Source: Laetmonice hystrix (taxonomy: Eukaryota). From it: a stretch of DNA of 64,000 bases. The stretch covers positions 18,292,001 through 18,356,000 of the forward strand of contig OZ249436.1 in the NCBI GenBank assembly GCA_965235115.1, given 5' to 3'. Each line of letters begins with the position of its first letter. Positions within the stretch are counted from its first letter, which is position 1. Below are positions 36,811 through 50,096 of this stretch, one piece after another. Made by a program: the position numbers and the translations under genes. Below the pieces are notes generated by a model, which saw only the letters and a program-made list of their open reading frames with translations, did no database searches and was not told the origin of the DNA.

Positions 36811-38979
36811 TCTACATCGTGGGCCCGGCTGTTACTCCGACAGGGTCTTGTTAGCCCCCAATTGTGGCTTATAATTTGCCCTCTGTCCGTCTGTCCATTC
36901 ATCCGTATTTACGTATCTCCGTAGACAGCGATTTCTCAGAAGTGTATAGGTCGATTTCTTTGAAATTTCATATAATGATCAGGGATCATCTGAGGATGAT
37001 GCACTTCAAAAAGATTTTTGATATCATTCAAAATGGCGCCGTGGCGGCCATCTTGTATGTACATTTTGAGAAATAACTCTGCCAAACCAATCATGATTTC
37101 TTTCAAACCTGGTGCAGGGAGGAGGCATAATGATAGCCAATATGCATCGCAGTGTAATTTCATTGAGTAAGCCATTTCAGTATCTTGCCACGTGCAGTCG
37201 ATTGTGGGATTGGGATTTTGTTTTGGAACCCAAACAAACGCACGTGGTCACCGCTGGCATGCCTGAATAAGCCAAGATGGCAGAGGTGAATTTGAAGATC
37301 GACAGAGAAACCTTCAAATTAGAAGCCTGTGCAGGTCTTAACTGGCAGCTGGTTTAAACTGACAACAGTTGTCAGTTTAGATCCAGGTTTAAACTGAGAA
37401 ATAATGATTACTAGCCGCTGGAATGGTAACAATGGTGCTGCAAGGAATGGTAAAAATGGTGCTGCATTTGGCTGTTTAGGATAAACTCGCCAGCTATAAT
37501 CAAGCGGCATCTTGCAGTAATGTACGGAGATATCAATTCTGACGTAATCAAAGAGATGGCAAAATGGGTCAGGCTGTAGCAACGGTATCTCATATGGGAT
37601 GACTCGTAGACTTCGTGATAGGCAAGTATTCAGAGGCAATCGACACTCACGGCCTCCATGTTTATGTGGCTTAACCCTACTAAGGTAGCAGGGTTAACTT
37701 TAACCCAGAGAACGGGTTAACCCAGAGAATTTTTACGTTCTTGCATACCGGGTTAACGAGTTAACCCACAGACTGGGTTAACCTTTTAAATACGTTCTTG
37801 CATACGGCCAATAGTTACTATTGAACTAGCCGTTGTCTCTTCCTATACACTATACAGGGTCGTTGGCGAACTCAGAGAAATGTTCAAATCCCTTCAAATT
37901 TTAGAAACGGCACAGATTCATATCTCTACGAATACATGATTACTTTCCTTAACACCTGTTGGAGTGATGCGCACAGTTTAGGAAGTGCTACTTCTGTAAT
38001 ATATTACGGCCGGTTTTGTAATCGAATCGAAGAGTTATGGTCCTTGCTCGCCTGTCCGCCATTGTTGTTTTCCTGTACTACTGCACATGTGCAAATGGAA
38101 CCGGATTCCTTTCAGAATGGCCATGCAGGGCCTGAAATGGCGGCTTCAATTTACAACAAAAGGCCCTCACAGTCAAAATCACCTTCAGAATAGACCATGT
38201 CTTGCATGATTATTTAGTGAAATCTATGCACATTAACATGGGTATTTCATTGTAAGTAGACATCACGGCAAGGGTTTGAAATCGGCGTTGAAACCGAGCC
38301 AACTGTCGCATTTCATAAATTCTCTATGGGCTCTCCCATGAAGATATCATCATAGACGCTATTAAAGATGGATAGGAAATCAAAGGTGAACTTTTATTTT
38401 CCATGAATTTGAGTAATCTCTAAAGGTCAGTCATATTTGGAATGGCCTGTATCTATGAAATAGTTGATGATAAGGCTACCAATGGGTCAAATCTCCAAAC
38501 TGCACATAACTACATAGTTACTAAGATGGAGTGGAAGTAGATAAGAAGTTTCATTTGACATATTTCTTTTACCTTCATTGACCTTAAAAGATCAGTTGAA
38601 GTTGTGCATCGTTTCTTCAAGAATCCATATCTCTTAGCTTGTTTCATTTTAAGTCATTCACGTTTCTGCTTTCTTGTCATTTCTCAGAGACAGCAATGTG
38701 TATCTTTGATTGAACACAGTAACAGTATTAAATAGATGATGTGTCATGTGAACCCAGAAAATGGATTATATCTCTGGAAGTCTCGGCCACATCCCTGTAA
38801 AATGATTATTCAATATTCTTGTTACCAAAAACAGTGTCAGAAGCATGGCTTAAAACTACCTAGTGCTATAAATTATAAGACCCCCCTCCCCCCTCAGACA
38901 CTTTCCTAAGACTAGAATTACTCCTCCTTTGATGCATCTGAAGCACCGTGTTCACACCTGTGCTGTGCCATGTTTCCAG

Positions 38980-39158
38980 GTGTACTTCGGTTCGAGCGTG
39001 GCCAGGTACTACCTGTCGTTCCACATGTGTGGCATTAGCTGCATTACCGGGATGTCGTACATTGTCAAAAAACCTGAGCTGGATGCGCTCAACGGGCTCG
39101 CCTGGTTTGGCAAATTCCTGGCTGAAGACTTCTTCCTCTCCAAGTACATACATGAAAA
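38980..39158 (+). CDS. UGCG: UGCG-like exon 6
   Basis: ttccag acceptor. VYFGSSVARYYLSFHMCGISCITGMSYIVKKPELDALNGLAWFGKFLAEDFFLSKYIHE keeps AED (D3). Phase-2 donor gtgagt. Confidence 0.94.
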
Positions 39159-40239
39159 GTGAGTACAGTACATGTATATGGAAATGTACACCTAACTTAT
39201 GGTGGGTCTTTTTTAAAAAGTGAGAACAAATTAATTATTACTAAGTTTCTGAGGTGGTTTTTAGCTCTGGGTCATTCCGTACGGAATCACCTGAAATCCA
39301 GAAATCTTCCCAGGTGACCATCTCACATTTTTATGATTTCTTGTTTACAGGTACCTCCATGTGTGAGATGAACACATGCAAAATCTTTTGCTCCAACTCC
39401 CAGTAGTTTTTCAGATATTAATTTTTAAAATTTGCTTGTCGGTGCAGACTTTATACGTAGAAAGTTTGTGGTTTTCCCCAATTTTCAAAGCATTCTATCT
39501 CAGGACTGGTTGCATGTATCAGGCTCAAGTTTGGTATGTGTGGAAATTTGACCAACAGACTCCAATTCAAGGTGGCTGATTTACAGGCTGGCCGACTGAG
39601 GGTACTGTTCTTTAATCATCGTCAATATCCCTGAACATGGTCATGGAAAAAGTCATAAAGGTCCGGGGAAAGTCCAGGAAAAGTCCGGGAATTTAACAAT
39701 GTTGATAGGGTGGGAACCATGATTGATAGCAAGGACTGTCAATCAACCAGCTACTGTCAAGTAGCTGTACTAACTCCTCCCCCGTACATATTACGTTGAT
39801 TGATATTGTCTTTTTTTATCCAAAAATCGCGGTTTTCGACAGTGCTCAGTAGCGTTGCCATCCCGAACAAAAATCTAAAATGGCTCGCCCACGTGGGGTA
39901 GTGCGTATAACTGGGTCAGCCTCTGTGACGATTGTGACATAACAAACGTCGCCGCCATAGGGTTAATGGGTCTAACTGGGACACGTCCATTTGGGACCCG
40001 TCTAATTGGGAAATTTCCACATGCGTCTAACCAAACTGGGACGTGTCCATTTGGAATGACACATGGTAGTAATGTCTCTCAACGGTTTGCTTGCAATAGA
40101 ATTTCTATGGGCATTTCTAAAGCATGTGCAGTCAGTTCACTTACAGGGCTGGAGATACTGTAGTGTTTTATAACAAACTGAGGAAACCTTACTCGGTATT
40201 CCCTAGCTTATAGTATCAGTATGCGTATGTTTCTTGTAG

Positions 40240-40326
40240 GGGTTTCCGGCACCAGGTCGCAGCAGTGCCAGCCCAGCAGAATGTTGCCGCTACATCCATA
40301 GCAGCATACAAAGACAGGATGGTCAG
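40240..40326 (+). CDS. UGCG: UGCG-like exon 7
   Basis: ttgtag acceptor. GFRHQVAAVPAQQNVAATSIAAYKDRMVR. Donor gtaggt. Completes RMVRW with exon 8. Confidence 0.92.
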
Positions 40327-40548
40327 GTAGGTGTGCTGGCACGGTCACACAGGTAGCTTTTACAGGTGGACGAGGTCAGTATGTGAAAGAGTACTTACCA
40401 TTCTCCCAACTTTTAATTAAAAAACCAATTCTGTGCTGCCTCCAGGTTTGGTAGTTTTCATTTTCTCTGCGAATTTGTAATGCTTTGCTGGATGTCTTCA
40501 GTAAGAGGTGATAATGGTTCAAGACACAAGGTGTTGGTTGATTTTCAG

Positions 40549-40741
40549 GTGGCTCCGTCTGCGATTCAACATGATGCCACTGACAGCGGCCATCCTGGAG
40601 CCACTTGGGGAGAGTATACCTCTCGGCATCTATATGTCCTGGTCCATGCACCATTTCTTTGGCATCAACCCGTACATGTGGTTCGCCATCCATTGGGCAG
40701 TGTGGCTCACACTTGACTACATCCAGCTTACAGGTGTTCAG
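40549..40741 (+). CDS. UGCG: UGCG-like exon 8
   Basis: tttcag acceptor. WLRLRFNMMPLTAAILEPLGES...WLTLDYIQLTGVQ. Donor gtcagt. Confidence 0.93.
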
Positions 40742-42578
40742 GTCAGTCCCCCTGCCCACTCCATTACTGGCTGGAATTCCTTGAGAAGCCACAAATTTAA
40801 AAACTTGTGTATTGGTGTGCAATTATAATTCGGTCCGGAGACGTTCTTAGCATGTGACAGGCACTAATTCTGGTGTAATGGTAGGCAACAGACATTTTTA
40901 GCTCTACTGGCTGGAAGCCAGTCGAGCCAGTCGTCAGTCCGTTAAAGTGGCTTTTCCAAAGAGTATTGATTGTTTCTAGATTATCTCACAAGGTGTTAAC
41001 AGTCTCAGGCAAGAGCTGCTCACTTGACATAATCATGCCATTCACTGGTATTGTTCATATATCAATACAAATTCTTTATATATGTAGGAACATTTATACT
41101 GAAATATTTTACTTATCATTATGAATGTTTAATCACGGTGATATACCACATTCAATATGATTAAAAACTTCAAGTAATCTTTGATTGTCGGTGGCCAGAA
41201 TATTTGTATTTATTTGTATTTGAATCCCAAATATTTATATTTGATTTAAATTTCAAATACAATATTTGTATTTTATTTGTGTTTGCATTTTTTTAAAAGA
41301 CCGTATTTGTATTTATTTTTATTTGAAAAGCCGTATTTGACCCCAACCCTGGTCGGTTTGTGTGATCACGCAAGAGTACCGATGAAAACGCTCTGACCTT
41401 GACCCCCGATTTACCTCCGATCGTCAGAAGCTCGGGCGGTTGGAGAATTGGAAGGAATATCGTTCTAAAGGATGTTTAAAATAATAATAATACCAATAAT
41501 ATGGACAGAATTTACTGAACTAAATATGCACAACAGCAAGATGCGCCCAACTAAAAATCCCCATATAGGCCTGCCTCTACAATAGATATGTGCTTCTGAG
41601 AACAATGACCACTCCATTTCTCCTTTAAGAAAAAATATTAATTGCAAGTTTTTTTAGGAGCAAGAGTTTACATCAAGATTGCAAAGAAATTTGCGGGAAC
41701 GCCCTAGAGAGAACACTGATAACAGAAGCTTAACGAAATATCATGCAATCTAATATAGGCCTATTGTCCACATTCTTTTCAACAATCTACCTCCACTAGG
41801 AGGTTACTGCACCAGTTAAATCTTTTCTACAGTATTTTTTGTTTTTGTGGACCATGTCCACCTATTCATGGATTTGCCCGTATGTCCCTCACACAAAAGG
41901 GTGCAGGCAAATATTTTAAGTGTACTGACAAGGACAAAGGCATGCCATACTGCCCACAGAACATGATTGTGGTGTTGTTTTAGTTCAACATTCGATGATG
42001 CCATCTGACCATCGCTCAGCCATCGGGTGACAGTCGGACGATGGTCGAGCAATTGTTGCTCGACATACTATAAACCGGTCTTAAGGGCATCCCCCAAATC
42101 TTGCTGTTTCTGGCTTTACAATCTCATTGGTATGCCAGACCGAATTAGAATTAATCAATTAAACAATTAAACAAACTTCCAAGTGAAGTTTAATTGTGAT
42201 TTGATAAGGGAAGGAAATGCTGAGGTGGCGGACAGATGATCCACCTTGGCCCCACCCTTATTTTACCCTTTGCCCAGCTCCACTTATGTCTCTGTTGGTT
42301 TTTTAAAAAGCAGAACAGCACGATTTGCACGTTAAAGTGTGCGTGTCACATGCTAGGAATGCTATCTCATCTGTCTGCCACCCTGGCGTTTCCTTTCTCT
42401 CATCACATTTAAACTTCAAAAGTTCGTTTTATTATTATATGCCTCTAGTTTAAATTTAACCTAGTTGAAAGATACCATACTTTCCATGTAAAGTAGTCCT
42501 GTGGTTGTCGGTGCTATGGATGCATTGATTCTATTTCCACGTGAGGCGAGGGTTCTGAATTGTGTCTTTATATTGCAG

Positions 42579-42770
42579 AATGGCCCTCTTCCATTTTCCC
42601 GTTTGACCTACGTGGTGGCATGGATCATACGAGAGCTACTCTTCTTGCTTATCTTCTTTGAAGCTGTCATTAATGTGCGCCGCATTAAATGGGGGAAGAG
42701 GACTTACCGACTGTCCAACTTTGGTGAGCAGCTGGACATTGTGTCAGACAGGTCGGTGCTGCCGATCTGA
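42579..42770 (+). CDS. UGCG: UGCG-like exon 9 (last coding exon)
   Basis: ttgcag acceptor. NGPLPFSRLTYVVAWIIRE...IKWGKRTYRL...VLPI, TGA. The nine exons sum to 1233 nt (410 aa) with all phases compatible. Confidence 0.93.
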   Translation, partial: NGPLPFSRLTYVVAWIIRELLFLLIFFEAVINVRRIKWGKRTYRLSNFGEQLDIVSDRSVLPI

Positions 42771-43832
42771 ATGGGCTGAGCCTCTCAGCTGGACGGCTGG
42801 CTGATTGGCTGGCCGTAACTGGCTTACTGACTGGTCGGTTGGGGGGGTCGTGGGTGGCCAATCAATGATCTGTCCGGATCTCCACCCGAGTGGTTGGGCA
42901 GGAGGCCACCCACACATTGCCGAGACATGAGTATCACATAAGGCGTGTGTGTCCAAGGGTATACTGTTATACGAAGGCCGTGGAAACCAAGCATACATCA
43001 TTACATATGAAAGTTGGGTTTTTTTTGGCGTGAAGGGAGTTTGGAAGTGGATTTTGGATTATTCGGAGTGTCATGGTTTAATAGAAGATGTGTGATTTTT
43101 ACCGACAGCTATTTTTGTTTTTGTTGGATAACGTGTGTTTAGTGTATTGTGCATTGATACTAATTATGAGAAGAGTACTCGGATGTCAAGTTATAAAAGG
43201 GGTTTCTCCTGTCCTTATAAAGAAAATTATCCTGTCAGGTAAGAGGTAAGAGGTGTATTTTGCCTTCTAAATTAAGGTCATGATGACAGTATAAATTGTT
43301 TCCCTAAATTATTAGCCCCCAAGTCAAATTTGACTTCCATCCGCCCGTACGTTCGTAGACATCGACTTCTCAGAAGTGTATGAAAATGTAGCCTACACAC
43401 AATGAATAGGGGCACTTTGAGGATGATGCACGTCAAATAAACCCCTCCAAAAAGTTTGGAAATTTGTGTTTGGTTGATCACATCTCTGTTATCACTGTGT
43501 TATTAGCATTGTATTTTATATCATTTGAAAGCCTGTTCATCTCCCTTTACAATGATGCACCACTTGTCATGATCATGATTGTGTGGGTGAGTTTCAAGTG
43601 AAATGTGCCAAATTTCCCTGCCAGTGTCAAAAAGTGCATTCACCTGTTGATATTGACGCTGTTGTCTTAAGAGTTGTTTTGGGGATTGGAAGTGTTTTGA
43701 ATGGCACTGTTTGTGCGACTGGATCACCAGTGGTTACAGGTGATCGACCATTAATGTAAAGTATGCAGAATGAGTCTTTGATACTGGTCACTTTACCAAA
43801 GTGGTCATTTGGTGTCTGCTCCAAGCATTGGC

Positions 43833-43975
43833 ATGCCACGTCTATCCAGTCTGGAGAGGGCCCGTGCTATAGGGCAGGTTGAAACTGGAGTTCCCCAGAA
43901 CCAAGTTGCAGCATTATTTAGAGTGAGCCTGTTGTTTGTTACATGAATAGAGTGTTCCATGAATACGCGTACAAC
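43833..43975 (+). pseudogene. Tc1/mariner transposase N-terminal HTH relic
   Basis: ATG at 43833 gives MPRLSSLERARAIGQVETGVPQNQVAALFRVS, the typical Tc1-like start, and then degrades. Confidence 0.7.
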
Positions 43976-44639
43976 TGTAATAGAGAGTTGGTTGTTACTG
44001 ACAGAGAGTTGGTTGTTCTGCTGAGAACAACAGAACACAGATAATGGCAAATTTGGCAAATTTTTTGAGACCCCACCCGCATTCACAGCGGGAGATACTG
44101 AGCCCTGAAACAAGTGATTATTCACATCTGGTGCAGTTGTAAAGAAGAATGAATGAGCTTTCCATTGATATATATCACGATATAACCTGGTCACAAATAA
44201 CCGAGATATAAGTGATTGACAACAAGTTTCCAAACTTTTTTTGAGGGGTTTAGATTCTTGATGTCCTTTAAAATGTCTGCTTGGCAGCCATCTTTGATCT
44301 TAGCACATTTTGTGACAAAACAATCCAGACTTCTTTCAAATTTAAAGTAGAAGCATGTGTGTGGCAATGTAGATAACCACTGACTATAATTGATGGGTGA
44401 AGACCTACATGAAGTTTGTATGTGGACCATGCATCAAAGATGTTCTTACATGGACTGTATTTCAAAAGTACAAAGGATCGTACACCTAGTTCCCAGACCC
44501 ACAGATAGTTAATCTCTAGCCTACTCATTTGCACGGCTGTGACTCCGACGGGGGCTTGTTATTTAGCAGTTCGAGTAGCACTGATATAGTCAAGCGAAAG
44601 GTGACTGCTGGAGAACAAGAATTGAAAAACTTAAAGCAA

Positions 44640-44860
44640 TCATATGACTCCAAAATGCAGACATTTATCAGGGGATGAACCAATGAATTTAAATGGCTGT
44701 TCAAGTCAATGTTAGGTAAACAACCAGCCATGAGGCAACTGGAATGTTGAATTTCATTAGGTTTCTCCATTTCTGTGGGTAAACATATTTTGATTTTTAT
44801 CTAGCCTAATGCCTTATCTAGCCTAACGGCCCATGTCTGCATTGTGGAGTCATAGAAGTG
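44640..44860. repeat. Old TIR repeat (ATGACTCCAAAATG...CATTGTGGAGTCAT); related copy at about 49135-49630
   Basis: Shared termini and the internal block ggcaactggaatgttgaatttca. The 49-kb copy carries an extra AGGCCTG-ended insertion at about 49368-49574. Confidence 0.55.
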
Positions 44861-45318
44861 AGAGATACTCTCTGATTTCTTTAAGACTTCATCCGCCAGA
44901 CCGATCGATTCTGCTGTTACGGGAATGGCCTTTGTCCCACAAGATTTCAGGATGGTATTGCAATGTTTGCTTGATGATATATTGTCATAATGTATAAATA
45001 TGTTTCTTTTGAGGTTCCAATAAATGCGTTCATCAGGCTTTGACGCACGAGTCTGTTAGAGGTGTGAGGTAGGAATCTCATCTGTTGATGTGGGACTTTG
45101 ACCGGGATGTTGACTTGATTGCTCAATGTCTACCGATGTACCATCGGTATCGGTAAACTGCACCCGACCTGCTGTCGGAGTTTGTTAATTACAGTTTATG
45201 GAATTTATCACAGTGTACCAAGTCGCCCTTAAGTAAACAAGGCTGCCTGACTGGGTCCTAGTCAGGGAGGCGTATGTATCGCTGGGTAGATGGAGATTGT
45301 TTTGAAGCAGAGAATATA

Positions 45319-45686
45319 CAGGGTGTATCAAAAAAAGTATACACTCAGAAAAATTAATCAGAAACATTATCATTATTTTCAGCAAATCCGCCCACTGGGT
45401 CATTATTTTCATTATTTTCAGCAAATCCACCCAGATTGGTAGACGAAGGTTTCACGCTTTTATTTCCATCACGATCATGTACAGCAGGCAGAACAGGGGT
45501 CAGTTTCTGAAACCTTGTTAAAATCACCTGCCCTTGTTCACACAGGCGTGACATGCTGTACATGATAATGATGTTAATAAAAGCGTGAAACCTTTGTGTA
45601 CCAATATGTCTGGACGGATTTGCTGAAAATAATGAAAGGTTCGTTTCTTGTTCATTTTTATTGGTGTATACTTTTTATACACCCTG
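45319..45686. mobile_element. Tc1/mariner-type MITE, TA TSD
   Basis: TA|CAGGGTGTAT...ATACACCCTG|TA with long imperfect inverted arms. Confidence 0.82.
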
Positions 45687-48600
45687 TAGAGTCTTCATTT
45701 TACACTCTGTGGGTAAAGTGAACTGGTTATGTTGAAGTAGGTGAGACAGTTTCCGCTGGGCCACATGCCTTGTATATTCAGGGATGAGAATCTTCCGCGG
45801 GTCTCCCCGTCCCCCCCCCCCCTCTTCGTCAAGCGTTATGATATCATATGATTTATGTAACGCCCTTATCGTGAATCAATAATCCAATTGCTTTGGATCC
45901 TTTGTACGAGAAATATTTTTGAAGGACAGGACCTGGGTGGACCATCAGCGATTCTAGTTTCACTGCCAAGAAACAGAAAGTGCTCTGATAGGACAAAAGG
46001 CAGTCAGCCGTTTTTACCAAGCTCTGATTTGGATTAAGAATGGCATCCCGACCACATGGGGTCCTTGTCCCAAACGAGCCCTACCCATCTGATCATACAA
46101 CCAGTGGGTCACTCTGTCCTGACAGTCTTCCAAACATGAGTCTTTAAAGTATTTAACATGTGAGCATCCGTTTTGTTAGCCCTTCATGTAAACCAGACGG
46201 TGCCACTACATGTTCTCAGTCGTATTAGTATCTGTATACATTTTTATCCATTTTTACAGAGGTGTTTATATATTGTAATATATATTTTGTCTGGTGTCAA
46301 CAGGTTTGTGCTCGATTGTAGACCCGTGTGGCTTTCTCCCGTCCTCTGAATGTGAGAAACGCACTAAATGTCTTTTTAGGCATGTTAAACGGGAAAGGTG
46401 GAGGTGTCTTCTGTACGAACTCATCGTGTTCCAAAGAGGGACCGGGAATAGTTAATTGTTGCAGTGTCCTCTGTCCAGTGCTTGGATACTTATGTTTCAA
46501 GGATAGCACACTCAAGTCAACAATAACTTGAATAAGGCCTGTGCTGACCTCTAAATGCGAGACAGCACACTGTGAATGGCGTCCAAAGATGGAGAAAGTC
46601 ATGCCTCTGATGATGTGTGATGATGAGGATGATGATGGTGGCGATGGCGATAATGGCGATGATAATGATAATATTGTGCCTTTATGAAAATATTCAGCTA
46701 AATGAGACTGTTGTGTAGTCTAGTAGTCGTAGAATGACGTAGACTTTGGGTCTGCGTTCGGATGGGTTGTTCTTGACACTCAAACATCTTCTCATAATGT
46801 GTTCTGGTTGTTCGGATGGACTCGGGAACGAATACGAACTGTGTTCTTTTCATCCGAACTGTGCCAAACACGTTCACAAACATTGTTCCCTCTACTCCCC
46901 AACAAAGCAGGGGTGAGAAGAACAAGACGGCAGACAGCATGGGGCTCTCGTCAGGATCCTTTTATTATCGGAAGATTTGTGATTCATCACCAGACAACTT
47001 CACTTGCTTCCAGTTCCAGCTGTTAGATGAGAAAGGGATTTGACATGCCTCGATATTGTATAACTCTGGTTGGTAATTAAAACCGACTGTATAGCCGATA
47101 TCAGCCAGAATAAAGAACCTAAACAAAAAAAAAAAAATGTTTGGATGGCACTATGAAGAACATGTTCCAGGTGCATGTTCTTTGTTGCTCGGATGATCAG
47201 GAACATGTTTCTGAAGTGTTCAGGGACGTCAAGAACAGGCCATCCGAACGCAGCCTCGGATACTTGCTTGCAAGGTTTGGACCTTAGACGCACGTGGTAG
47301 ACATGCATGCTGTGAGGTCCGTTTGAGAAGTTGCTCCCGTGAAACATGGTGACATAAAGGCGGCAGTCGTGCCGTTATTCAGTAGCGTGCAGCGCCAACG
47401 TAAACAGTGATGGTTGTGCAGTCAGGCAGGTCGGCAGTGTATCATGATTCGGCAGCCATGCAGAATAACGCCATTAGGTACAGTGATTTAATGCACTGTG
47501 AAAGAGAACTATTTATTTCATTACATCAAATCGAAGTACAATACTCATGACATTTGTACTCCTCAGCAAGATGCAATTATGGTAATGATGACCATTTGGC
47601 GTGAAGGGGAAGCGCCCCCCCCCCCCCCCGCAGGGCACTATGTATGTGGGGGTGAACGCATGTCTGTGACTTTGCGTCTGTGCATGAACAGTGTATCAAC
47701 AGCATTCATTCATTCTCTTTCTGTGCGTCATTTTGTATTAGTATATCTTTGCTACCAGTGAACATGACATGTCACACTGATGTTGAGTATCTGTGAAGAA
47801 ACTATTTTTTTAGCAGCGGTGCCCACCATGCTTCTGACTTGTAAGTTGTAATATCCCACGCTTCAACAGCTTTCATACATTATCTAATTAAAACGTGTGA
47901 TCTCTCAGGTTGTAACCATGTGTTGGGAGGCGGAAGTCAAGTATTTAGGTAATGCACCACTCAGTGGACTGACTGCATCCAGGGAGGTTTTTTTAACAAG
48001 ACAGCCAGAACACCAGCCGGTGTTGCATTACCGCGCTGGTCCACTATTTTATCACCAGCGTGTTGGCCGATTATTGTAACAGACATGGCTAAGTCCATAT
48101 TTTAACAGACAAGGCTAATTCCATGAAAAGAATATTATGTAATGTACATGTATTGCTCCTTGAAATATCGTTCAGAATAAGAAGAGGTACCAAATATTTA
48201 CGATCTTATACGTGGTGAAACCTACTCTTCTCGCCTTCAAAAGCCGTGGTTTAGCTATGTCCTTTATAGTAGAGACGATTCAAAAGAGAGCATATTTGGC
48301 ACATCACATTTCAAGATAGTGTTACCTGGGGAGGGGGAGCCATATATTTTTGTAATTGTTGATTAGTTTTGGCTTAGGCCTAGCAGCCTAGCTGACGTTG
48401 AGGTGACTGCCCCTCCTCACTGCTATATGCATGTGTTAACGATCAAGTCTTTTCAGTAATCCCTCTCTGTTCGCACATTAAAAATACTCACGATTGTATG
48501 TTTTGAAGTGGACGTGCTGTGTTGTGTAGGATTGCAAGTGGAAAGACTGCCTTGGTGGAGTCCGCATTAGGAGAGGGAGGAGAGGAATTATAAAATGGTA

Positions 48601-50096
48601 CACATTAGATTGTCTGCGGGAAAACACTTGCTGTACCTCTCTCAGTAACTTAGAGGTCGAATGGTGGGAGAGAGACCTCGGCTAACCCCAGCACGTGGTC
48701 AACTGTTATGTACATAGCTTGTAGTTAGGAAGAGATTATGAAGAGTGTAGTATTTGGGTCGAATGTATCAAAGTGACAGGAGCTAGAACAAGGGATGTGT
48801 GGTCCATGTATGGCGCAGGAAGACGGACGTTGGTTGGGGCGGGTGGGGGTGTCAACATGGAGCAGGTGACGGGAATGGGCCACATCTGACTAACCTCGCG
48901 TTATTAAGGACAAATTCCGAAACATGAAGGACCATTAAAATTTTTGAATAAACTATTTATAACTGAGTTGTCCCCATTCACTGACTGTAAACGGTAGGTT
49001 AACGGTATGGTTAATGTTGAGCTTGGTTAGACAGGCCCCTTCGTAGTTGTCAGTCGGGTGGGACTCCCAACTGGTCGACAGACATCCTCACCTTGATACA
49101 ATACACGCATGGATTTCTTAACGCAAATCATGATTTCACTGACTCCAAAATGTAGAGAAGGCTAGGTTAGATAAGGCCTGGGACTACATCAAAGTCAATG
49201 AAATTCATCGGGTCACCGCCTGGTGTATTTCACTGGCTCTTAAAGTTTATGCCAGATCAACCTTTTTTTTTCAACAACCAGACATAAGACGATCGCAACA
49301 GGCAACTCGAATGTTGAATTTCAGTAGATTTCTGTAGGTATACATTTACTGATTTAGATAGTCGTAAAGGCCTGAACCACTAAGGCGATGGCCATGCGAT
49401 GGCCATGCGATTTTAGATTTATTGGTAGAATTTCACTCTGAAATCTTTCCTAGCTGGCCTTCCCTGTTTAAGGAAATGGGTTCCATCTTTTAATCTCAAA
49501 ATCACAGTAAAATAAAAGAGTGAGTCAAAATCTCATGGACGTCGCAAGGAAAATCGCCTTAGTGGAGCAGGCCGTTAAGGCCTTATCTAATCTTACTCCC
49601 CATGTCCTCATTTTGGAGTCATTGAAATGAAAAATAATTGTGATTTACTTTAAGGCAACGGTCGCCACATCTCGGCCACCAGATTCATGTAACTATCTTG
49701 TTTCTGTTTGCGTTTTATCCTTGGTCTGATACATCCTTGGGGGCAATGTGAGATTTCATAAGTATATAGAATGTATTAAAAATCTTTATTGGTTTGAGTT
49801 GCAGTTGTTTGCAAGTAGTAATTTAAGAAGTCGCATCTATACTCAAGACATGCCCGTTCCCGACTACGTGAGAGAGTGGGGGCATTTGCAACACCTCAAT
49901 TCTGTTTTATACATAATATCCGCTAAATATAAACAAATGACTGGCAAGTGATACCATTTGCATCAGCTCTGTGTCATGTAAAGCATTTCATTCAATAAAG
50001 GTTTTCTTTGAGGAGGAATCCCCTTTTGTCTTTCTTCCTCACATATCAGCCCTGGTGGCGAGACCCTGGGTTTGGGGTCCTTGGGTAACAAGGTCA

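Noticed and set aside
36268..36902. Repetitive ORFs and a telomere-like tract
   Set aside because: Products of a 93-bp tandem unit. The TAACCC variants are degenerate and element-internal.
46700..47480. Possible highly decayed Tc1 transposase on the minus strand
   Set aside because: Only faint motif resemblance (DES, a GTMFVNVFG...RTQFVFV segment). No frame could be rebuilt by eye.
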